This document shows, piece after piece, positions 55,427 to 64,000 of a DNA stretch of 64,000 nt (position 1 is the first letter of the stretch; every line of letters starts with the position of its first letter). Source of the stretch: Candidatus Krumholzibacteriota bacterium (GTDB taxonomy: Bacteria > Krumholzibacteriota > Krumholzibacteriia > JAJRXK01); the NCBI GenBank assembly GCA_963727455.1, contig CAVSGG010000011.1:31791-95790 (forward strand). Direction: 5' to 3'. A program made the position numbers and the translations under genes. The notes under the pieces were generated by a model. It was given only the letters and a program-made list of their open reading frames with translations. It ran no database searches and had not been told where the DNA came from.

Positions 55427-56683
55427 ATGCTGCAAGGCCTACAGCACTGGTTTGAGGAGATCGGCTGGACGGATTGGTTCGCCCGCAACCTGTCCACTCT
55501 CCTGGTGCGGGTCATCCTCATCCTGCTCGTGGCTTGGCTCAGCGATTTCATCGTCAAACGTGTGCTGCACCGGATCGTCCGGCCCATCGTCAAGCGTACG
55601 CGCGTGGGCTGGGACGATGCCATCGTCGGACGAGGCGTATTGGGCAAACTCGCGCATCTCGTTCCAGCCTGGCTGATCTTCACTTTCCTTCCACCGGTTT
55701 TGGAGCCTTACCCGCGCCTGAGTGCACTGGCTGCCAATTTCGTGGAAGCCTACATGATTCTCGTCGTCACTTTGGCCCTGTCGGCGTTGATCGCCGCCGG
55801 ACAGGACATCTCGCGCGGGCTCGCGCTGGCGAAACACGCTCCCACCGAAATTATCAGCCAGGCGTTGCGCATCGTGGTGTGGTGCATCGGGTTCATCCTC
55901 ATCCTGGCGGCGCTGGTCGACCGCAGCCCCTTGGTGTTCTTCAGCGGCCTGGGGGCGATGACCGCGGTGCTCATGTTGATCTTCAAGGATAGCCTCCTGG
56001 GATTGGTAGCCGGCTTGCAGATCGCGAGCAACGACCTCGTGCGCGAAGGTGATTGGATCGAGATTCCCAAGTACGCTGCCGACGGAACGGTCACCGAAGT
56101 TGGGCTGCTGACAGTAAAAGTGCAGAACTGGGACAAGACGATTTCTTCGGTCCCGACCTACGCGCTGATCAGCGATTCCTTCAAAAACTGGCGCGGAATG
56201 GAGCTCTCTGGAGGGCGGCGCATCAAGCGGGCCGTCAGTCTGGACATGACCAGCGTGCGCTTCTGTGACAAAGAGATGTTGGAACGCTTCTCCAAGATCC
56301 AATACCTCCGCGATCATATCGAGAAGAAAACCAAGGAACTGGCGGCCTGGAACCAGGAGCAAAAGGTCGACGAAAAAGTCCTGGTCAACGGGCGCCGTCT
56401 CACGAACCTGGGTTGCTTCCGGGCCTATCTCGAAGCCTATTTGAGGCATAATCCCCAGGTGCACACCGAAGGCTTGACCTTCCTCGTGAGGCACCTGCCG
56501 TCCGGCCCCAAGGGGATCCCGATTGAAGTTTATGTGTTTTCCAAGGACCAGCGTTGGGTGCAATATGAAGGAATCCAGGCCGACATTTTCGATCATATCC
56601 TGGCGGTGATCCCCCAATTCGACCTGCGGGTCTTTCAAGAGCCCACGGGTAGCGATTTTCAGCGATTGAATCCGCAGGTCTGA
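55427..56683 (+). CDS. MscS-family mechanosensitive channel (YbdG-like)
   Basis: GLGAMTAVLMLIFKDSLLGLVAG, VKVQNWDKTI, FKNWRGM..SGGRRIKR, YEGIQADIFDH. Confidence 0.92.
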   Translation: MLQGLQHWFEEIGWTDWFARNLSTLLVRVILILLVAWLSDFIVKRVLHRIVRPIVKRTRVGWDDAIVGRGVLGKLAHLVPAWLIFTFLPPVLEPYPRLSALAANFVEAYMILVVTLALSALIAAGQDISRGLALAKHAPTEIISQALRIVVWCIGFILILAALVDRSPLVFFSGLGAMTAVLMLIFKDSLLGLVAGLQIASNDLVREGDWIEIPKYAADGTVTEVGLLTVKVQNWDKTISSVPTYALISDSFKNWRGMELSGGRRIKRAVSLDMTSVRFCDKEMLERFSKIQYLRDHIEKKTKELAAWNQEQKVDEKVLVNGRRLTNLGCFRAYLEAYLRHNPQVHTEGLTFLVRHLPSGPKGIPIEVYVFSKDQRWVQYEGIQADIFDHILAVIPQFDLRVFQEPTGSDFQRLNPQV

Positions 56684-56720
56684 GCCTCAGCGGACTTTCA
56701 CCAACCACCGGAGCGCGAAC

Positions 56721-58190
56721 ATGCTCGATTGGCTGAAGGAACTCCTCCCCATTCTCATCCTCTTGGTCGTCGTTGCCCTCGTGCTGGCGCGCCTACCCAA
56801 GATCGACCTTGGACATTCGGCGAAGTTCATGGCCCGCAGGCGCTGGAACTGGTTGCCTCTAGGGTTGACCTACGCCTTCCTCTACATGGGTCGCTACAAC
56901 TTGAAGGTGAGCAAGTTCGCGTTCGAGAATCTTCAGGGCAGTCACGGTAACTCGATGATGGGCAACGAGGCGTTCGGAGTGATCTTCGGGGTGGGTACCA
57001 TCATCTATGGCTTCTCGTTTCTGGTGAATGGTCCCCTGACCGATCGCTTCGGTGGCCGCTTTTCCATTCTCATGGGCGCGGCCGGCGCGGCATTGGCGAA
57101 CTTGGTGATGGGACTGATGTCCCTCTCCTTGGTGCACATGGGTCCGGGGCACGCTTTCTTCGCACAGAACTTCGTGGTTCTGTTCTCCCTGCTCTATGGC
57201 ATCAACATGTACTTCCAGAGTTTCGGCGCTGTCGCCATCGTCAAGGTAAACTCGTCTTGGTTCCACGTGCGAGAGCGTGGAGTTTTCGGGGCGATCTTCG
57301 GAATTCTCATTTCGCTGGGAATCTACTTCGCCTTCGATTGGGGGCTGTTCGTACTGGAGCATCTGGGACTGGCCTGGGTGTTCTTCGTGCCCGCCCTGAT
57401 CCTCGGCATTTTCTGGCTGATCGACTTTTCGGTCGTACGCGATCACCCGAGCCAGGCCGGTTTCGCCGACATCAGCCTGGGTGACGCGACCGACGGAGTC
57501 GAAGGCCCGCCGATGAGTCCCAGGAAGGTCTTCTCGATGATGCTCCGCAACCCCATCATCATGACCATCGCCACCATCGAGTTCTGCAGTGGCTGGTTGA
57601 GACAGTCGATCATGCAATGGTTCCGCACCTTTGCGAAGCAGACCGACCTCAGCCTGGGACTGAGTTCGGGCTTCGTGTACGACAACTGGGGCCTCCTTTT
57701 GTGCGTGGCCGGCATCATGGGTGGTGTGGTGGCGGGCGTGATCAGCGACCACGTCTTCCAATCGCGGCGCGGACCGGTGGCGGCCCTGCTCTACGCTTTC
57801 ATGCTGGTGTGCGCTGTCATCATGATTTTCACCTATACCCAGCCTTGGGTGGGCTGGCTGGTGGTGCTGATGTCGATGGCGGTGATTGGCGTCCACGGGA
57901 TGCTGTCGGGCACTGCGAGCATGGACTTCGGCGGCAGCAAGAACGCCGGTATCGCGGTGGGTTTGATCGACGGCTTCGTGTATTTGGGTACCGCGGCGAT
58001 GAGCTTCACTTACGCGGTGATTCTTCCGCATGAGACGCTCGACGAGTTGGGGCGGCTCGCCGGTGCGGCCACCAACCCGGCCAACTGGAAGGCCTGGCCT
58101 ATTTCCATGGTGCCTTTGGCCATAGTGGGCTTGTTCTTGGCCTGGCGCATTCGACATGCAATTCCGCACGGGAAAAAGGAAGCGGCTTGA
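56721..58190 (+). CDS. MFS transporter (GlpT/UhpC organophosphate antiporter-like)
   Basis: YAFLYMGRYN, NGPLTDRFG, FQSFG, WFHVRERG, G.IDGFVYLG. Confidence 0.85.
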   Translation: MLDWLKELLPILILLVVVALVLARLPKIDLGHSAKFMARRRWNWLPLGLTYAFLYMGRYNLKVSKFAFENLQGSHGNSMMGNEAFGVIFGVGTIIYGFSFLVNGPLTDRFGGRFSILMGAAGAALANLVMGLMSLSLVHMGPGHAFFAQNFVVLFSLLYGINMYFQSFGAVAIVKVNSSWFHVRERGVFGAIFGILISLGIYFAFDWGLFVLEHLGLAWVFFVPALILGIFWLIDFSVVRDHPSQAGFADISLGDATDGVEGPPMSPRKVFSMMLRNPIIMTIATIEFCSGWLRQSIMQWFRTFAKQTDLSLGLSSGFVYDNWGLLLCVAGIMGGVVAGVISDHVFQSRRGPVAALLYAFMLVCAVIMIFTYTQPWVGWLVVLMSMAVIGVHGMLSGTASMDFGGSKNAGIAVGLIDGFVYLGTAAMSFTYAVILPHETLDELGRLAGAATNPANWKAWPISMVPLAIVGLFLAWRIRHAIPHGKKEAA

Positions 58191-58243
58191 GGGTCTGAAC
58201 TCGCTGCAACTGGGTCGAGAGCTGGCATGGGGAGCATTGAAAA

Positions 58244-58447
58244 ATGAACAGAGGTGGCTTCTCCTGGAAGCGGGCGGTCGGCATCACGCGGGCCAAGAAC
58301 AAGATCTCGCGGGCCACGGGAATCCCGCTGACCAAGTCGGGTCGGCAGCGAAAAATCGGAAAGATCGTCAGCGGTGGAGGTTGTGCTCTGGTGGTTCTTG
58401 CGGTGAGCGTGGCGGTGCTGGCTCTTCTGAGCTGGGTGAGTCTGTAA
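58244..58447 (+). CDS. Small basic hypothetical protein with C-terminal TM
   Basis: GFSWKRAVGITRAKNKISRATGIPLTKSGRQRKIG followed by a hydrophobic tail; RBS GGGAG. Confidence 0.65.
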   Translation: MNRGGFSWKRAVGITRAKNKISRATGIPLTKSGRQRKIGKIVSGGGCALVVLAVSVAVLALLSWVSL

Positions 58448-58511
58448 GCAGAATCAGAGACAAGTACTCTTTCCTCTTTTTTGAGCCAAGCGTCGCTCGA
58501 AAGGGACCACC

Positions 58512-58850
58512 ATGGACCGTAAGAAGGCCGTTCGAGACTACAAGGAGTCCGCGCGTCCGGCCGGAGTCTACCGCGTTCAGCACATCCCGACCGGCCGCAC
58601 TCTCCTGGGCTCCAGCCCCGACGCTCCGGCGATGCTCAACCGCATCCGCTTTCAGCTCCAGACGAAGGGGCATCCCAATCGAGCGCTTCAGACCGACTGG
58701 AACTCGGATGGCCCCGATGCATTCCTCTTCGAAGTCGTGGATCTGCTGCCGCCCACCGAGAACGAAGTGAAGGACCCGGCCGCAGAGTTGGCCGCTCTCG
58801 AGGAATTGTGGCAAGACAAACTGCAGATCGCGGAAGAGCTGCGCTACTAG
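58512..58850 (+). CDS. GIY-YIG nuclease-family small protein
   Basis: AGVYRV, NRIRFQL, HPNRALQTDWN..G...FLFEV. Confidence 0.72.
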   Translation: MDRKKAVRDYKESARPAGVYRVQHIPTGRTLLGSSPDAPAMLNRIRFQLQTKGHPNRALQTDWNSDGPDAFLFEVVDLLPPTENEVKDPAAELAALEELWQDKLQIAEELRY

Positions 58851-58942
58851 TCTCGCCATGAACATTGACTGGCACGAAGAGGCCAGCTTCAGATAGGATT
58901 TCATTTCTAAACCACCGGCCACGTATTCCCACGAGGGCAAGC

Positions 58943-59671
58943 ATGTCTGAAAGTTCCGTTGCTCGTTGGCCCCAGCACTACGCGCGTCTCTGTGGCGTAT
59001 TTTATCTGTACATCATCGTGGCCGGTATCTTCGCCGAACTCTTCGTTCGCACGAAGCTCGTCATACCGGCCGATGCCGGCGCGACGGCTCGCAATATCCT
59101 GGCTCACGAATCATTGTTTCGTCTTGGATTTTCCGGCGAGATCTTGCACCTCTCCTTCGATGTCATGGTGGCAGTAATACTGTATGCGCTCCTCCGCCGG
59201 GTCGATCGGAGTATTGCGCTTCTGGCTGCCTTCATGCGCCTTGCCTGTGATCTCATCTTGGCCGTGGCCAGCATGAGCCACTTCGCGGCATTGAAGCTTC
59301 TGCACGGAGGTAGCTCTCTCGAAGCCTTTTCCGCAGAGCAATTACACTCGCTCGCACTCTGGGTGATGAATCTCCACGCTGACGCCTATGCCATCAGTTT
59401 GGTATTTTTCGGCTTCGCGTGCCTTGCCCTGGGTCACTTGCTCTATCACTCGGGCTTTCTCCCCAAGCTTCTTGGCCTTCTGCTCGCGCTCGCGGGCCTC
59501 TGCTACCTCTTCACGAGCTTTGCCCAGTTCCTGGATCCCCCCTTCGCCCAAACGCTCTTTCCTGTGTTCTTCATCCCCTGTTTCGTCGGCGAGCTGGCTT
59601 TCGCGTTTTGGATGCTGCTGAAGGGCGTGGATCTCGCAAAATGGCGAGAGCGGACACTCGGGCTGGACTGA
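58943..59671 (+). CDS. DUF4386-like membrane protein
   Basis: ARLCGVFYL, TARNILAHESLFRLG, SGFLPKLLG, GELAFAFWMLLKG. Confidence 0.8.
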   Translation: MSESSVARWPQHYARLCGVFYLYIIVAGIFAELFVRTKLVIPADAGATARNILAHESLFRLGFSGEILHLSFDVMVAVILYALLRRVDRSIALLAAFMRLACDLILAVASMSHFAALKLLHGGSSLEAFSAEQLHSLALWVMNLHADAYAISLVFFGFACLALGHLLYHSGFLPKLLGLLLALAGLCYLFTSFAQFLDPPFAQTLFPVFFIPCFVGELAFAFWMLLKGVDLAKWRERTLGLD

Positions 59672-59820
59672 GCCCATTCCCGCTCGTGGGCGACGCATGT
59701 ATTTTCCGAAAGCCCTATCTGCCCTTGACCTCTCCTGGACAGCTAGTCCAGGCTCAACTCATCCGCCCTCTCCCCTACAGGTCTCAGTTTTCCCTTATGC
59801 GCTGCTTAGGAGGCATTGCC

Positions 59821-60405
59821 ATGACCAAATTTCGCTTGTTATTGTTGTCCCTCTTGATTCTCTCGGGACCGTGGGCTCGTACTGCTTCAGCCCAGAGGCG
59901 TCCCGATCCCGCGAAGCTCATTGCGGCTCAACGAGAAGCGATGGCCCAATTCGCGACCATGGATGGCGTATGGAGGGGTCCAGCTTCGATCAGCATGGGC
60001 CCGGGCGGGAAGCACGAAATAACCCAGACAGAGCGCGTTGGATCGTTTTTGGATGGTTCACTGAGAGTCGTCGAGGGCCGGGGCTACGAGGCTGATGGCA
60101 CCGTCAGTTTCAATGCGCTGGGCATCATCTCCTACGACCCACAGTCCAAGGCTTACAGCATGCACTCGTATGCGCAGGGAAATGTTGGCGACTTCGTGCT
60201 GACTCCCACAAAAGATGGTTACAGCTGGGAGATCCCCGCGGGACCGATGACGATGAAATATACAGCCACGATCAAGGATGGAACTTGGATCGAGACTGGG
60301 GATCGCGTCATGCCAGGCAAAGAGCCAGTTCGCTTTTTTGAGATGAAGCTCGAACGTGTCGGAGACACTGATTGGCCGTCCGCGGGAGCTTTGGGACCCA
60401 AGTAA
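59821..60405 (+). CDS. Exported beta-barrel protein (DUF1579-like)
   Basis: Signal peptide, DGVWRG, QTERVG, FNALGIISYD, FFEMKLER; RBS AGGAGG. Confidence 0.7.
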   Translation: MTKFRLLLLSLLILSGPWARTASAQRRPDPAKLIAAQREAMAQFATMDGVWRGPASISMGPGGKHEITQTERVGSFLDGSLRVVEGRGYEADGTVSFNALGIISYDPQSKAYSMHSYAQGNVGDFVLTPTKDGYSWEIPAGPMTMKYTATIKDGTWIETGDRVMPGKEPVRFFEMKLERVGDTDWPSAGALGPK

Positions 60406-60532
60406 AAGAACTCGGGTTGCCGATCTTTGCAGAAGTGGCCGCGAGGGGTTGTCTTGTTCATATTCTGATACGAATACTTCCCGCCATCGCGGGAGATCTG
60501 ACAGACAACTCGGCCCGGAAAGGATCTTCAGA

Positions 60533-61444
60533 ATGAAGCCAAGTAGTAGAATGTGGAGCGCTGCTCTCCTCTTCGTCGCGGCTCTCTGGTCGATCGCGGC
60601 GTTCGCCAAGAGCCCCGACCAGAAAATTGTCGTCAAGGACGTCGGTTTCTCCACCCCAGAGTCGGTCGAGTACTATTCCGCTGAAGACGTCTATCTGGTT
60701 ACCAATATCAACGGGGATCCCTCTGCTGTCGACGGCAATGGATTCATCTCCAAGCTCAAGCCCGACGGAAGCGTCAAAGAGCTCAAGTGGATCGACGGCA
60801 CAATGAAGAACGTGACGCTCAACGCGCCCAAGGGCGCTGCCGTAGTGGGAACCCACCTCTTCGTTGCTGACTGCAACCAAGTACAAGTTTTCGACCTCCC
60901 CAGCGGCGTTCAGTCCAGTTCCATCACGATAGAAGGTTCGACCTTTCTCAACGGCATGACTCCGGGGCCCGAGGAGTCGGCGTACGTGACCGATAGCGGC
61001 TTTAATCCTGGCTTCAAACCCTCAGGTACCGATGCCGTATATCAGGTGTGGGCCGATGGTCATCATGAAACCATTCTGATGAACAAGGATATGGGACACC
61101 CCAACGGAATCTGGGATCACAAGGGCCAGCTCATCGTCAATACCATGGGATCGGGAAAGATGTTCAGCATCACCCCCGATGGGATGCAGACTGAGCTGCC
61201 AAGTCCACCCAAAGGGACCTTGGACGGCCTGGTGGAACTGAAGAATGGACATTTCCTCGTCACCAGCTGGGACGCCGCGGCGATCTACGAGATGAACCAA
61301 GAGGGGAAATACACCGTCTTTGCCGATTCGCTCAAGTCACCGGCGGACATCGGGATCGACACGAAGCGCAACCGGGTACTGGTTCCCTTATTTACCGTGA
61401 ATGAGGTGGTCATCTTGCCACTGGACGGAGCGATGAAGAAGTGA
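60533..61444 (+). CDS. SMP-30/gluconolactonase-like exported beta-propeller
   Basis: Signal peptide, FSTPESV, DGNGFISKL, LNAPKG, FLNG, PNGI, LDG, PADIG. Confidence 0.82.
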   Translation: MKPSSRMWSAALLFVAALWSIAAFAKSPDQKIVVKDVGFSTPESVEYYSAEDVYLVTNINGDPSAVDGNGFISKLKPDGSVKELKWIDGTMKNVTLNAPKGAAVVGTHLFVADCNQVQVFDLPSGVQSSSITIEGSTFLNGMTPGPEESAYVTDSGFNPGFKPSGTDAVYQVWADGHHETILMNKDMGHPNGIWDHKGQLIVNTMGSGKMFSITPDGMQTELPSPPKGTLDGLVELKNGHFLVTSWDAAAIYEMNQEGKYTVFADSLKSPADIGIDTKRNRVLVPLFTVNEVVILPLDGAMKK

Positions 61445-62013
61445 GTGCGGAAACCCGCCCCGTCACTGGCAGCAAACCCGCGGTGGTCGCGGTGAGCCGC
61501 AGCAGCTCGCACACCTTCAGCAAGAAAAACTGTGTTTGCATTACTCTGTTGGCCGGCCTGGGCGTCGAAGGTGACGCCCACGCTGGAGCCAAGGTTGCGC
61601 ACCGTTCGATGGTCAAGAAGGACCCCGAACAACCCAACCTGCGCCAGGTTCATCTCCTTCACGTTGAGCTTCTGGAAGAGCTGAAGGCGCGCGGATTCGA
61701 GGTCTATCCGGGAGCAATCGGGGAAAACATCACCACTCGCGATCTCGACGTCCTCTCCCTGCCTCAGAATACCCTGTTACGAGTAGGCCCCTCAGCAGTC
61801 GTTCAGGTCAAGGGGCTACGCAGTCCGTGCCGTCAGCTCGACGACTTTCAACAGGGCCTGAAGCAGGCGGTCCTGGAGCATTCGGAGTCGGGGGAGCTGA
61901 TCCGCAAGTCGGGGATCATGGGCATCGTGCTCGAAAGTGGAGAGGTCCGGCCCGGCGACGAAATCGAAGTCATCTTGCCCGATCCGCCGCATCGACCCCT
62001 CGACTGCGTCTGA
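61441..62013 (+). CDS. MOSC domain protein (YiiM-like)
   Basis: GLGVEGDAHAG, RQVHL, GAIGENITT, LRSPCRQLD, GEVRPGDEI. Confidence 0.9.
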   Translation: MSAETRPVTGSKPAVVAVSRSSSHTFSKKNCVCITLLAGLGVEGDAHAGAKVAHRSMVKKDPEQPNLRQVHLLHVELLEELKARGFEVYPGAIGENITTRDLDVLSLPQNTLLRVGPSAVVQVKGLRSPCRQLDDFQQGLKQAVLEHSESGELIRKSGIMGIVLESGEVRPGDEIEVILPDPPHRPLDCV

Positions 62014-62218
62014 AACTAGTATCTCCCTCGTTTTTCGAAGCGAGATTCAGAGACAGACACATCTTTCACTCGGTTATTCTTTTTGATCCTCTCCAATCAA
62101 TTGCGGCCTCGCACGGCGCGGGGTATTTTTCTTCGGCAAGTTCCCCCCACACAGTACCTCGCCGAACGAGAAACTCGTTCGCTCTCATGACCAAACGTGG
62201 TTCGCAAGGAGGCTCCTC

Positions 62219-63965
62219 GTGCTCCGACGAATGGCAGTACTCACATTCGTGCTCTTGGCCCTTGTTCCTCTTTTCGCGTCTTGCGGGAGCTCGAGCAGCA
62301 CTCCCACCAGCCCCGATGTGGTGACTGTGGCAAGCTGGCACTACGAGGCCGGCGGTGAGCGCATGACCGCCCTCTGGGGCACCACGACCCACTCCCTTTT
62401 CTTGGTCGGCAGTGGCGGACTCATTCTCTACTACGATGGCAGCAGCTTTCGAACGATGAAGAGCGGCACCGTTCAAGATCTCTACGCGGTGTGGGGTACC
62501 TCTCCTTTCGATGTCTTCGCAGCGGGTCAGGTCGGTGCGCTGCTGCACTACGACGGGACGAGTTGGACCACGATGTACCCTCCCGTCATCAGTCTGTTTA
62601 CCGGTTTGTGGGGTACCTCCAGCCAGAATGTCTACGTGATTGGCTCCGGAGGATTGATTCTTCATTACGATGGAACTTCTTGGACCCAAATGAACAGTGG
62701 AACGAACTACAGCCTCAACGCGATTTGGGGAAGCTCCGCGGATGACATCTACGTCGTGGGGGAACGAGGACTCATCCTACACTTCGACGGCGCAAGCTGG
62801 TCGCCCGTGACATCCGCAACCGTCGAGCATCTCTACGCCATCTGGGGGAACTCGGGGAGTGACATTTTTGCCGCGGGAGCCAGTGGAGCCATGGTCCACT
62901 ACGATGGTAGTACCTGGTCAACGCTGGATAGCCAATCCAGCCTGGACTTCGACTCACTTTGGGGCACTTCTTCTACCGACCTCTACGCAGTGAGCGGGAA
63001 CGGTGCCATTGGACACTACGACGGGTCGAGCTGGAGCTACGTGAACAGCGGCATCACCGTGCCTCTCTACGGCATCCGGGGATCTTCTTCTGGTGGTGTG
63101 ATGATCGTGGGAGATATTGGGACCATCCTCCATTCGAGTGGTTCAACCTGGAAAGCACTTACGCTTGGATCCAACGACGTCTATCGGGGGTCTGGATGGC
63201 TGCTCCGGATGACGCCTTCCTGCTCGATGAATCCGCATCGATATTACATTATGATGGCACTGGCTGGACTGAAATGAGCAACGTTCCGCAGGCGACCAAT
63301 CTCAGCGTCTGGGGCACCTCGTCCAGCAACGTGTATTCGGTGGGAGCGGACGGGTTCATCCTTCACTACGACGGCAGCGCCTGGACCGCGATGACCAGCG
63401 GGACGACGAACTCCTCTACGCCGTTCACGGGAGTTCAGAAAGCAACATCTTCGCCGTCGGATCGGCTAGAGGATTCTCGGATCTCCGATGGAAGCACGTG
63501 GACTCCGATGGACAGCGGCACGAGCGAGTACCTATCCGGTGTCTACACAGCTTCCGATACCATGGCGATCGCGGTCGGCATCAGCGGCCGGATCTTGGGC
63601 TACGACGGTGATGTCTGGGAGTCCGATGGACAGCGGCACGAGCGAACGGCTCCTATCGGCGTCGGGGACTTCGGACCATCGCATCTTCACGGTGGGCCTA
63701 AACGGTACTCATTCTCTCCTTCGATGGGGAGCGCATGGTCACCAATGAATAGTGGTACGAGCGAGGATTTGCGGTGGGTCTGGGCGAGTCCCGGAGGTGC
63801 GGCTTTCGCCTGTGGTCAAAATGGTACCATGCTGCGCTATGACGGAAGTTCCTGGGAGCCCATGGACCGGGGCACCAGTTACATCTCACCTGCGTCATGG
63901 GCTTGTCGAATGACGAAGTGCTTGCCGTTGGAAAATCGGGGGTCATTCGGCGATTCCATCCATAG
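62219..63965 (+). CDS. Lipoprotein with ~39-aa beta-propeller repeats; multiple frameshifts after ~63190
   Basis: Lipobox FASC. The repeat L.A.WG.S..D.YAVG..G.ILHYDG.SW continues in shifting frames to VIRRFHP-stop at 63965. Confidence 0.75.
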
Positions 63966-64000
63966 CGTCCCTCGACGCCGCACTGGAGGTTTCGAGCCTT

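Noticed and set aside
55419-55434. CTGGCACGATGCTGCA as a sigma-54 promoter
   Set aside because: GG-GC spacing is 9, not 10, and it overlaps the mscS start codon.
58512-58850. GIY-YIG protein as a homing endonuclease or mobile element
   Set aside because: Small stand-alone domain; no intron, terminal repeats or transposase nearby.
63504-63645. 24-bp direct repeat TCCGATGGACAGCGGCACGAGCGA as a CRISPR array
   Set aside because: Only two copies, inside a protein repeat (PMDSGTSE), and no cas genes.

Overview
GC-rich bacterial chromosomal window, almost fully coding, with no rRNA, tRNA, CRISPR or mobile element that I can support. The short RpoD-type sigma factor (FISYAVWWIRQSI, no region 1.1) hints at an FCB-group host; this is inference only. 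The window is dominated by anaerobic energy metabolism. (i) A Rieske/cytochrome b/nonaheme cytochrome c operon. (ii) PFOR (nifJ) with a DHODH-like flavoprotein, and a VOR-type 2-oxoacid oxidoreductase operon flanked by a sigma-54 response regulator and a PAS kinase. (iii) A divergent orphan HypF. (iv) A ~17 kb multiheme island (30.1-47.0 kb): c554-like tetraheme, CbcL-like 11-heme/cytochrome b fusion, ImcH-like heptaheme, and a putative porin + dodecaheme + lipoprotein tetraheme conduit, followed by a sigma-54 operon encoding a membrane-anchored GcvH-like protein without the lipoyl lysine, a HybA/HybB-like pair, a heme-c-motif sensor kinase, a response regulator and an archaemetzincin. (v) hemN, modABC and miscellaneous small genes. 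I count 47 heme-binding motifs in six cytochromes, plus two in the kinase. A recurring intergenic motif TGACA-N3-TGTCC links several of these loci. Frameshifts in DUF1028 and the last gene look like long-read indels. All annotations come from reading motifs by eye; no database searches were run.
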